Assembly (NCBI GenBank): GCA_020354275.1
Contig: CP070645.1
Coordinates: forward strand, 258,497 to 295,129
DNA length: 36,633 nucleotides
From: Dehalococcoidales bacterium
GTDB lineage: Bacteria > Chloroflexota > Dehalococcoidia > Dehalococcoidales > UBA2162
Direction: 5' to 3'
Below are positions 26,368 through 34,162 of the stretch, piece after piece (positions within the stretch are counted from its first letter, which is position 1; each line of letters opens with the position of its first letter). Position numbers and translations under genes: made by a program. The notes beneath the pieces are model-generated. The model made no database searches. It saw only the letters and a list, made by a program, of their open reading frames with translations, and was not told the origin of the DNA.

Positions 26368-27843
26368 ATGAAAAAGATTTCCGTCAATCCCATAACCAGG
26401 CTTGAAGGACACGGCAAGATAGAGATCTTCTTAGATGATAGCGGCGAGGTTGTCAATAGCTATCTTCAGATTCCCGAGCTTCGCGGTTTCGAGAAGTTCT
26501 GTGAGGGCAGGCCGGTTGAAGAGTTGCCCCGCATCGTCCCGCGAATCTGCGGCGTCTGACCGGGGGCACACCATCTGGCCTCGTGCAAGGCCACAGACGC
26601 CGTCTACCATACTGACCCTCCGCCTGCTGCTAAGAAGGTGCGGGAGTTGTTCTACTGTGCCCATATGGTCCACTCCCATATCGCCCACTTCTATGCCCTG
26701 GCCGCACCCGATTTCGTTCTGGGGCCCACCAGCGACCCCGCCGAAAGGAACATACTGGGGGTAGTGGCCAAGGTCGGGCTTGAAATCGGTGGTGAGGTGA
26801 TAAAACACCGTGCTTATGCCCAGGATATCCAGAACACTATCGGCGGTAAGGCCACTCATCCCGTCTTCGGCCTGCCCGGGGGAATCAGCAAGCCAGTCAC
26901 CGAAGAGGAGCGTAAAGGCTTTGAGGAAAAAGCCAGGTCAGAGGTTGAGTTCGCCAAATTCAGTCTGAAACTGTTCAATGACGTGGTGCTGGAGAACAAG
27001 GACTACCTGGCTCTGATAACCGGTGACATATATACCATGAAGAGCTATTATATGGGGCTTGTCGATAGCCAGAACAGGATTAACTTTTATGATGGCGATG
27101 TCCGTGTGGTTGACGAAGATGGGAAGGAGATTGTCAGGTTTAGTCCTGCTGAGTATCTGGACTATATCGCCGAGCATACTGAACCCTGGTCTTACCTCAA
27201 GTTCCCCTTCCTGAAAAAAACCGGCTGGAAGGGATTTATTGAGGGCAGGGAAAGCGGCATTTACCGGGTGAGCCCGCTGGCCCGTCTTAATGTTGCCGAT
27301 GGCATGGCCACTCCCCTGGCTCAAGCCGAATACGAGAAGATGTATCAAACACTGGGTGGTAAGCCTGTGCATGCCACCCTGGCTTTCCACTGGGCGAGGT
27401 TAATCGAGTTGTTGTACGCAGCCGAGCGTCTACTGGATCTCAGCCAGGACAAAGAAATAACCAGCCCGGAGGTCAGGACTATACCAACGGCCACACCAGA
27501 CGAGGGGGTCGGTATCGTTGAAGCACCACGGGGCACGCTTATCCACCACTACCAGACGGATAACAACGGCATTGTCCAGAAGGCCAACCTGATTGTCGCT
27601 ACCTGCCACAACTACCCGGCAATGAATATGTCGATCAAGAAAGTGGCTCAGGCAGCGATTAAAAAAGGGGAGGAAGTATCGGAGGGGTTGCTGAATATGG
27701 TGGAGATGGCATTCCGCGCCTACGACCCGTGCTTCGGCTGTGCTACCCATACCCTGCCCGGGCAGATGCCGATGGAAGTAACAATTTATGACAGTCAGGG
27801 AGAAGTCGTCAGGAGATTAAGCCAGAACCTGCCCGATAGATAG
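26368..27843 (+). CDS. mvhA: [NiFe] hydrogenase large subunit, MvhA-like, with in-frame TGA (codon 64) read as selenocysteine in the N-terminal metal-binding motif
   Basis: ORFs 26368..26559 and 26638..27843 share a frame, and the frame between them is open. The sequence reads RLEGHGKIEI...PRICGV-TGA-PGAHHLASCKA, against the family motif RxCGxCxxxH. The C-terminal motif is all-Cys, DPCFGCATH. Confidence 0.8.
26576..26593 (+). promoter_or_regulatory. candidate SECIS-like hairpin downstream of the mvhA UGA
   Basis: UGGCCU pairs perfectly with AGGCCA (6 bp) around the loop CGUGCA, which contains GU. The hairpin starts 17 nt after the UGA. Confidence 0.45.
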
Positions 27844-27875
27844 TCTGACCGGTTTTGTTATAGGGGGAACGCGGC

Positions 27876-28334
27876 ATGAAGACACTGGTGCTGGGTCTGG
27901 GCAATCCGATTCTCAGTGATGACGGTGTGGGTATTCGCGTTGCCCAGGAACTAAAAGATAGTCTTGACCCGGCCGAGGTCACGGTGACGGAAGCCGGTGT
28001 GGCTGGTCTGGATTTTCTCGACCTGCTGACTCCTTATGACAAAGCTATTATTATTGATGCCATTCAAACCAGAGAAGGAAAGCCCGGTCAGGTTTACCGG
28101 CTCAAGCCTGAAGACTTCATGGCTACACAGCATGCCTGCTCACCCCATGACGTAAACTTCGCCACTGCCCTTGAGCTTGGGAGGAGATTGGGCATACTCT
28201 TACCCCAAGAGATAGTTGTCTTTGCTGTTGAAGTCGAAAACGTAACGACTTTTAACGAGAGATGTACACCCAAAGTAGCGCAGACGGTTCCTGTAGTGGT
28301 TGACATGGTAATGCGGGAACTGAACGGGGGATAA
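27876..28334 (+). CDS. hydrogenase maturation endopeptidase (HycI/HyaD/FrhD family)
   Basis: The N-terminus is MKTLVLGLGNPILSDDGVGIRVAQEL. An internal DAI...HD pattern is present. It is 152 aa and lies directly after the large subunit. Confidence 0.85.
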   Translation: MKTLVLGLGNPILSDDGVGIRVAQELKDSLDPAEVTVTEAGVAGLDFLDLLTPYDKAIIIDAIQTREGKPGQVYRLKPEDFMATQHACSPHDVNFATALELGRRLGILLPQEIVVFAVEVENVTTFNERCTPKVAQTVPVVVDMVMRELNGG

Positions 28335-28535
28335 AGGATAACACCCCTTTTTAACCCTGCTTTCACATATATTCCCTTGTTATGTTAACCCGTTAATCAT
28401 GGATGCAGGCAAATCCTGTTCGGCTATTCTACCTGCAGTAAGGAAAAGCTTGTTTGCCCCTGGCAACTCGCGCCTGTAATTGACAACCACCTACGCCCTC
28501 TTGTCCATAATCCACATAAGACATTCGCTCCCTAT

Positions 28536-28991
28536 GTGACCAGGGGAATGACCGTACTGGATGTAGGCTGCGGCGCCGGTTTCGCTTCCTTAGGGCTGGC
28601 CAGACTTGTTGGTGAGGAAGGCCTGGTGATTGCTGCAGATTTGCAGCCCAGGATGCTTAACTTCGTCAAAGAAAGAGCAATCAGGGAGGGACTATCAAAT
28701 CGAATTCATATTCACCTTTGCAGCCATGACCGCATTGGCCTGCAAGAAGAACTGGACTTCACCGTAGCCTTTTTTATGCTACACGAAGTACCGGATATAC
28801 AAGTCTTCCTGAAAGAAATTAACTCGCTACTTAAACCGGGTGGCCGGTTTTTCATCACCGAACCAAAGATTCATGTAGGCTTAATAGCATTCAATGAGAT
28901 GATGCGAAAAGCTGAAGACGTTGGCTTTGAAATAGCAGAAAAGCCCCGTGTACGGTTTGGCAGAACGGTGTTATTATCGAAGAGTGAATAA
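28536..28991 (+). CDS. class I SAM-dependent methyltransferase (start uncertain, possibly N-terminally truncated)
   Basis: Motif I is VLDVGCGAGFASLGLA. Post-I and II blocks are ADLQPRML and VAFFMLHEVPD, followed by LKPGGRFFI. The in-frame sequence upstream back to 28389 still looks like the family N-terminus but has no ATG, GTG or TTG. Confidence 0.7.
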   Translation: MTRGMTVLDVGCGAGFASLGLARLVGEEGLVIAADLQPRMLNFVKERAIREGLSNRIHIHLCSHDRIGLQEELDFTVAFFMLHEVPDIQVFLKEINSLLKPGGRFFITEPKIHVGLIAFNEMMRKAEDVGFEIAEKPRVRFGRTVLLSKSE

Positions 28992-29264
28992 TATTGTATT
29001 AACCAACCACCTATATTTATACCCAAAGAGCTTGCAACAATTTCCGATACAGGGGTAATAGCTTCTTTGTTTACAGATTGGCGTACTGCAGCATAGGATA
29101 GAGCTTGACAGCTCAGACGCGGCATGGCAAACTAATCAGTGGCGTTAAGGACGCCTCCTGGTCTGCGGGAAGGACGTAGTCCACCCCGGCAAAGTGAAAA
29201 CCGAAATAACCTTCTTTCTGCCTGCGATTGCAGACCCCAGGCAATTATGTGAAAGGAGGTTGTC

Positions 29265-30113
29265 ATGTCCAAGTCTCTTCCCGATCGGCCGAATCTTGAT
29301 CATGTCAAGAATGAGGCCAAAGCACTCCTCAAAGCGTACAAGGACGGCGACCCTGGTGTTTGCGAAACGCTGCGACATCTCGCCCGTCTGCGGGATACTT
29401 CGGACAAGGAAATCCTAGCGGCGAACGTTTCCCTGCAAGAGGTGCAGCATGCTCTGGCATGCCAGTATGGCTTCAAAAGCTGGAAGGCGTTGGTCAACAT
29501 CGTGGCCGAAGGTACCGAGTTCGCTGAACATGTTCAGGAAGCCTTCGAGGTCTTCACATCCAAAGGTCCCGAGCACAACTCCACGGGATCCTCCTGGGAC
29601 CAACGCCGCAAGGATGAGTGGAGAAAGCTATTGCAATCAGGCGATGATGGCTTCCGGGCTATGATGAAGCTGGCACGGTCCGATAATGGTCGGGCACGTA
29701 ACGCGGCAGCGGTCTTCTTCGGATTATCCGATGACAAACGGGCTACCGAAGAGCTTCGGACGCTACTGCTGAGAGATCCTGCAGCGACGGTTCGAAGTCG
29801 AGCAGTGCGTTTCTACGCTGCGCGGATACATCCTGCCAAGTCGGGGGATAGACTTTTGAGAATCCACGAGGCCGCCGACACTATCCCAGAAGGTGTGGAA
29901 GCCATCCTGCCGCTTGTGCGTGACGACAACGTGAAAGTGAGGATGGACGTCATTGCGATCCTCTCAGCCTATGCGCGGCTAGGCGACGCTCGCATCGTAG
30001 AAGCACTGCACCAAGCACTGGACGATCCGCTTCACAAGGTACGACATGCCGCCGCCCGCGTACTGGGCGTGCCGTGCCCACGGTGTAGCGAGTCTTCCCA
30101 AGCGGGTAAATAG
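29265..30113 (+). CDS. HEAT-repeat protein
   Basis: AAAGGAGG precedes ATG 29265. HEAT-like units are DPAATVRSRAVRFYA, DDNVKVRMDVIAILS and DDPLHKVRHAAARVLG. The N-terminus is LPDRPNLDHVKNEAKALLKAYKDGDP. Confidence 0.65.
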   Translation: MSKSLPDRPNLDHVKNEAKALLKAYKDGDPGVCETLRHLARLRDTSDKEILAANVSLQEVQHALACQYGFKSWKALVNIVAEGTEFAEHVQEAFEVFTSKGPEHNSTGSSWDQRRKDEWRKLLQSGDDGFRAMMKLARSDNGRARNAAAVFFGLSDDKRATEELRTLLLRDPAATVRSRAVRFYAARIHPAKSGDRLLRIHEAADTIPEGVEAILPLVRDDNVKVRMDVIAILSAYARLGDARIVEALHQALDDPLHKVRHAAARVLGVPCPRCSESSQAGK

Positions 30114-30164
30114 AAAGAACCAGAAGAATGTCGGCAAAATGTCAGCAGAAGAATAAAAATCGAT

Positions 30165-30208
30165 TGTGAGTCGTGCAGGTCTCGAACCTGGAACCAGCTG
30201 ATTTTGAG
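30165..30208 (-). pseudogene. tRNA-like 3' fragment (anticodon-loop to acceptor end, degenerate)
   Basis: The reverse complement reads CTCAAAATCAGCTGGTTCCAGGTTCGAGACCTGCACGACTCACA. A T-loop GGTTCGAGACC is present with a 4-bp T-stem. There is no matching 5' acceptor strand upstream. It matches 30779..30822 at 34 of 44 positions. Confidence 0.4.
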
Positions 30209-30220
30209 GTTATGTACAAT

Positions 30221-30631
30221 CTATAAATGGATAAACTCCTTGGACTCAAAGTTCTTCTCAAGGGTCCATATATGAGCGAGTCCGTTCTTCAGGCAATACA
30301 TAATCGGTTCCTGGCCTTCATCAATCCATTTCTGGAACTGCGGACGCCTGGGTATGAAGTCCTCTTTACTAGCGGCATCATCAACCGGTACAACACTTCC
30401 TCTGACCCTGACCTGTATGCCTTCCTCGTAATTGTTAAAACATAATTCCACTTCTGGGTTCCTCTCGAGTTGTTTGCCTACATCCTTGCTTTTCCACGTC
30501 TGAAATCGTATGCCATCCTCGTCAGCCTTGGCTATGCCGATGGCACGGACCCGTGGTGCGCCATCCTCCAGAGTTGCCAGATGGCTGGTACGGTTCTTAG
30601 TTATGAACTCCAATATTTCTTGCTTATTCAT
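30221..30631 (-). CDS. pyridoxamine 5'-phosphate oxidase-family FMN-binding protein (split-barrel)
   Basis: The N-terminal region is ILEFITKNRTSHLATLEDGAPRVRAIGI...GIRFQTWKSKDVGKQLERNPEVELCF...VRVRGSV. It is 136 aa. Confidence 0.7.
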   Translation of the reverse strand: MNKQEILEFITKNRTSHLATLEDGAPRVRAIGIAKADEDGIRFQTWKSKDVGKQLERNPEVELCFNNYEEGIQVRVRGSVVPVDDAASKEDFIPRRPQFQKWIDEGQEPIMYCLKNGLAHIWTLEKNFESKEFIHL

Positions 30632-30778
30632 TCATTCTTCCTTTACCTAGAGTAATAAAACGAGACTTAGATTTATCGCTTCCTTCCTTATCGTTAATCA
30701 TTTCACTCCTTCTGATATGAATTATATCCCATGGTAATTATTTTTAAGGGATTTCTTACTAGGTTTTTTCCCGACGAG

Positions 30779-30848
30779 TGTGAGCCGCGGAGGACTCGAA
30801 CCTAAAACCGGTTGATTAAGAGATAGGTGCTCTGCCATCTGTCAATTC
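30779..30848 (-). pseudogene. degenerate tRNA-Lys(CUU)-like sequence
   Basis: The reverse complement is GAATTGACAGATGGCAGAGCACCTATCTCTTAATCAACCGGTTTTAGGTTCGAGTCCTCCGCGGCTCACA. It keeps a D-loop (CAGATGGCAGAGCA), an anticodon loop (CTCTTAA) and a T-loop (GGTTCGAGTCC). The acceptor, anticodon and T stems do not pair. Confidence 0.4.
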
Positions 30849-30886
30849 AAAATAACCTGAATATTTAGGTGCAGGAAAAATCCCCC

Positions 30887-30962
30887 TGGTGGAGCTGAGG
30901 GGACTCGAACCCCTGACTTCCTCCGTGCAAAGGAGGCGCTCTCCCAGCTGAGCTACAGCCCC
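30887..30962 (-). tRNA. tRNA-Ala (anticodon UGC) with encoded CCA
   Basis: The reverse complement is GGGGCTGTAGCTCAGCTGGGAGAGCGCCTCCTTTGCACGGAGGAAGTCAGGGGTTCGAGTCCCCTCAGCTCCACCA. It folds into a perfect 76-nt cloverleaf. The G3:U70 Ala identity pair is present. The anticodon loop is TTTGCAC. Confidence 0.95.
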
Positions 30963-31225
30963 ATGTGCAAAAACATTATAGCAATAAAAATGGCTACTCA
31001 CAATTTGCCCGTTAGATTTCGGCACTAAACTCACAAACCTGTCTCTCTCCAGTAGTCTGTTACCTACCCCGTAAATGGCCTTTCAAGCCCCTTCCGTTTC
31101 TCCCGCCAATGTTAGCCGTTAGTGCCAAGATATTCTGTTCCACGCTGAAGGTGTATGGTGATACAATGGTTTTAAGAAAATAATAAAAAACAAAGCATAC
31201 AGGGGATTAAAGGAGGATCGGTGCC

Positions 31226-31861
31226 ATGAATGAGAATAAAATATCAATCTGGAAATGGACGGTGAAGAAACTGAGGACTCACTTCTTCACCGGTGTTGTT
31301 ACCACCATACCACTCGGTATCACCGTATGGCTACTGGTCTGGTTCTTTGTCACTATCGATAATATTCTGCAACCGGTAATTACAGCAATTTTCGGGCGCC
31401 CGATAACCGGCTTGGGTTTTGGAATAACGATAGTATTAATCTTTATAATCGGGGTTATCGCCAGTAACGTTATCGGTAAGAGATTGATTGGCTACGGTGA
31501 AGCCATATTACCATTCCTACCGGTGTTCCGGCAGCTCTATACCGGGCTAAAACAGATTACCGAGGGTTTTACCGCACCGGAACGGACCGGTTATATGCAG
31601 GTGGTACTGGTAGAGTTCCCTAGAAAGGGGATGAGGGTAATAGGGTTTCTCACCAACGAGTTGGGTGACGAGCCCGAAAACAAGTTATTAACTATCTTCA
31701 TACCGACTTCTCCCAACCCAACATCAGGTTATTTACAGCTGGTCAAAGAAGAGGAAGTTGTCCGTACCAATATATCTGTAGAGAACGCTTTGAAGATGGT
31801 AATTTCAGCCGGCAGGGTCTCACCAAAGGAGGTTGTCAATGAATTACCAATTAGCCCTTAA
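31226..31861 (+). CDS. DUF502-family membrane protein
   Basis: AAAGGAGG lies upstream. It has two N-terminal TM helices. The characteristic motif IPTSPNPTSGYLQLV is present. Confidence 0.75.
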   Translation: MNENKISIWKWTVKKLRTHFFTGVVTTIPLGITVWLLVWFFVTIDNILQPVITAIFGRPITGLGFGITIVLIFIIGVIASNVIGKRLIGYGEAILPFLPVFRQLYTGLKQITEGFTAPERTGYMQVVLVEFPRKGMRVIGFLTNELGDEPENKLLTIFIPTSPNPTSGYLQLVKEEEVVRTNISVENALKMVISAGRVSPKEVVNELPISP

Positions 31862-31949
31862 GCGTGTAATGAGAAAATCATCATCTCCACGGAAAAGGTT
31901 ATAGATGCTTTACCATAGATAATAGCGGGGTTTGTTCGCCAGACATGCA

Positions 31950-33029
31950 TCAGCTTATCTTCCAGAAGACAATAGTTGCCTTCTCGCCCCCGGGAAAGCC
32001 CAAGTCTCCGCCAAGTCCGGGCAAAGTGATTGTACCCCACGAGTGAATATCAATATTGGTATACCCGGCTACAGCACCGTAGAAATCCATGTGAGGCTGG
32101 AACTCCACCCCACCTTCAATAGACATCAGGAATAAGAAGCCATCTTCACTGGTGGCATTGAGTGGCTGAAAATTAATATCCCCGACGGCAATGATACACC
32201 CCTCTCCCACGAAGTTCACCTTGTTGGGGGCAACATATATATCGCCATCGACAAATATGGTCTGACCATTAAGGTCTATCGTATAGTCATTGTTTGCCTG
32301 GTTAAAATCCAGATTACCAACTACGTATATGGTCCCGGTAAGATTTGCTGTTGCTGCCCCAAAACTATCAAAAACCAGGTCGCCAACCCTGTATAGCGGC
32401 CCGACAGTGGGATTATCCTGAACCCATATTATACTATCGCCAGAAGGTGGTAAACTGTCCACATCTTCATAGTAGTAATCACGGAACTGGTCGGCCGTAG
32501 GCCAGTCATCCGGGTCAAAATCATCATCAACCTCGCCGTTAATAGTCACGTGCGGGTATTGGTTCACATCGCCTGGAGTGGTGATTGCATTATCCAGGAA
32601 GCCGGATAAATCAAAGGTCTCTATATAAGATTCAATTGTAGTATTGGAATAACCCGTACTGTTGGCGGTGGAGCTTATCTGGTAGGTGGGGAAACTCTCC
32701 CCGGGTACGCGGAATATGGTAATCTCTACTGTGGCGTCATTTAACAGGAATTGTGGCAGGGTCAGATTCTCGCTCTCAACCACCGTTAGATTGCCGCTGG
32801 TCAACTCCCATATCGCTTTCTCAATTCCGGCATCAGCGGCATACATTTCACCGGTGCGCCTTTCCTGGATAATGGTAGATTGCAGGCCGGTTACCATGTA
32901 GTTTAGAGTCGGTGTAATCATCAACATCCCCAAAGCAAGTGCAATCAAGGCGAGTATCATGGCCATACCACCTTCTCTGGCTTTGTCCGCCCTGATAAAC
33001 TGGTGAATCCGTCGCCCTAGATAGAACAA
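31950..33029 (-). CDS. PilX_N-type (prepilin-like N-terminus) protein with beta-helix-like C-terminal region
   Basis: The N-terminus is ...KAREGGMAMILALIALALGMLMITPTLNYMVTGLQSTIIQERRTGEMYAADAGIEKAIWEL, paralogous to the next gene. The C-terminus has repeated I-x-V-x-G-[DN]-[IL] strands. Confidence 0.6.
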   Translation of the reverse strand: MFYLGRRIHQFIRADKAREGGMAMILALIALALGMLMITPTLNYMVTGLQSTIIQERRTGEMYAADAGIEKAIWELTSGNLTVVESENLTLPQFLLNDATVEITIFRVPGESFPTYQISSTANSTGYSNTTIESYIETFDLSGFLDNAITTPGDVNQYPHVTINGEVDDDFDPDDWPTADQFRDYYYEDVDSLPPSGDSIIWVQDNPTVGPLYRVGDLVFDSFGAATANLTGTIYVVGNLDFNQANNDYTIDLNGQTIFVDGDIYVAPNKVNFVGEGCIIAVGDINFQPLNATSEDGFLFLMSIEGGVEFQPHMDFYGAVAGYTNIDIHSWGTITLPGLGGDLGFPGGEKATIVFWKIS

Positions 33030-33097
33030 CTCAAATCCCCTTTCTCCGCATAAACACTACTCTTTTACGTATATAGAACCGGTTTTTCATGGATCCT

Positions 33098-33946
33098 CTA
33101 ATTTATTTGATAACTGGTTATCTTGGGGTATTCAATCACCCAGCTGGGTAGGCCGGGCCAGGGCCCCGCATAACCTTCCACAGCACTCCCCCAGATATCA
33201 GAACTGTAATCGGTCGAAATAGTCCCACCGGCATAAGCACTGCCTTCAATCCGGCAGCCCTGCGAGATATCGATAATACCGAGGGCATAAACATCACCCT
33301 GGACAATAACATTCTGAGTCAGTTTAATATCGCCGCCAGAATAGACAGTGCCCCATACAGTTAGACTCTGGGAGAGGTCAACATTACCGGTTGCATAAAC
33401 ATCGCCTTCGATTCTATCAGCCTGGCTGCCATCAAAATCCCCTTCTATATACAGACTACCTTCTATAACCGACCACTGGCCCAAATCCAGGCTGCCACTT
33501 ATCCAGGCATTTACTGAGATATAGGTATTCTGTCCCCAATCCTGATCTCCATCATAATACTCGTAATCCACCGAGGTATAAGATTCAATAGTGGTGCCAC
33601 CAGCAGTTGAGGTGATTTTAAATGTCCGGTCAACAACGTTCTCTATGGTAATACTCACATTGTCACCATTAACATCTACAATCTGATCCGAATAAGGGTA
33701 AGTGGCCAGCGGGTCATTCTTCACCGTCCATACAGCATACTCAATGCCGGCGTCTGCGGCGTAAAACTCACCGGTGCGCCTTTCTTTAATATCAACCGAT
33801 TTAATACCGGCAACCATGTGGTTCAGGGTGGGAGTAATCATCAGCGTTCCAAGGGCGAGTGCAATCAAAGCCATAACCATAGCCATACCCTGTTCGTCTC
33901 TGTGAAAAACCTGGCCTAGCCTGTTAATCCACTTCCTGTTAGCCAA
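33098..33946 (-). CDS. PilX_N-type protein with six 18-residue bactofilin-like beta-helix repeats
   Basis: The N-terminus is ...HRDEQGMAMVMALIALALGTLMITPTLNHMVAGIKSVDIKERRTGEFYAADAGIEYAVWTV. The repeats are IEGSLYIEGDFDGSQADR / IEGDVYATGNVDLSQSLT / VWGTVYSGGDIKLTQNVI / VQGDVYALGIIDISQGCR / IEGSAYAGGTISTDYSSD. Confidence 0.6.
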   Translation of the reverse strand: MANRKWINRLGQVFHRDEQGMAMVMALIALALGTLMITPTLNHMVAGIKSVDIKERRTGEFYAADAGIEYAVWTVKNDPLATYPYSDQIVDVNGDNVSITIENVVDRTFKITSTAGGTTIESYTSVDYEYYDGDQDWGQNTYISVNAWISGSLDLGQWSVIEGSLYIEGDFDGSQADRIEGDVYATGNVDLSQSLTVWGTVYSGGDIKLTQNVIVQGDVYALGIIDISQGCRIEGSAYAGGTISTDYSSDIWGSAVEGYAGPWPGLPSWVIEYPKITSYQIN

Positions 33947-34162
33947 AACAAAAACCTCCGTACCGAAAATCTTCTTGGCAACCTACTATGATCAGAAATA
34001 AAGATAGCATTCCTGCGTACAGATAATGGTTTAGAAAGTTTTCTACAGGTACTGAAGCGGTAAAAATTTGATAGAACACAGGGTTTTGTTTTTCTTTTGA
34101 CAGGCTGGACTCATCGTGATAGTGTAGCGTTACCTGAAAGAAGGACATTTGAGGAGTGCAAA

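Noticed and set aside
23597-26559. The three TGA-interrupted genes (hdrA, mvhD, mvhA) could be pseudogenes, or evidence of an alternative genetic code.
   Set aside because: Each TGA falls exactly on a conserved Cys and both flanks stay in frame with intact motifs. Three independent nonsense mutations at Cys codons are improbable. TGA clearly terminates other genes here, for example hdrC at 22133..22135, hdrA at 24974..24976 and the LuxR gene at 3175..3177. A global TGA reassignment is therefore unlikely, and site-specific Sec recoding fits best.
29140-30120. The HEAT-repeat gene might be a G+C-rich horizontally acquired island.
   Set aside because: A hand count gives about 57% G+C in one sampled 100-nt stretch. 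Other parts of the window range from about 40% (minor pilin region) to well above 55% (hdrA/mvh). Composition alone is therefore not discriminating. Only the adjacency to the tRNA-like fragment remains suggestive.
30165-30848. The tRNA-like fragments might be selC (tRNA-Sec), given the nearby selenoprotein genes.
   Set aside because: Neither has a UCA anticodon preceded by U33. Neither has a long variable arm or an extended acceptor stem. The loops resemble tRNA-Lys, and the stems do not pair.
30816-31034. A 72-aa ORF on the minus strand.
   Set aside because: It is the translation of tRNA-Ala and its flank (AVAQLGERLLCTEEVRGSSPLS is a classic tRNA read-through artefact).
34097-34162. The upstream ATG 34097 as the start of the MBL hydrolase, as in the ORF track.
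   Set aside because: GAGGAG at 34151..34156 is correctly spaced for ATG 34163. The extra 22 residues (MTGWTHRDSVALPERRTFEECK) are not part of the MBL fold.
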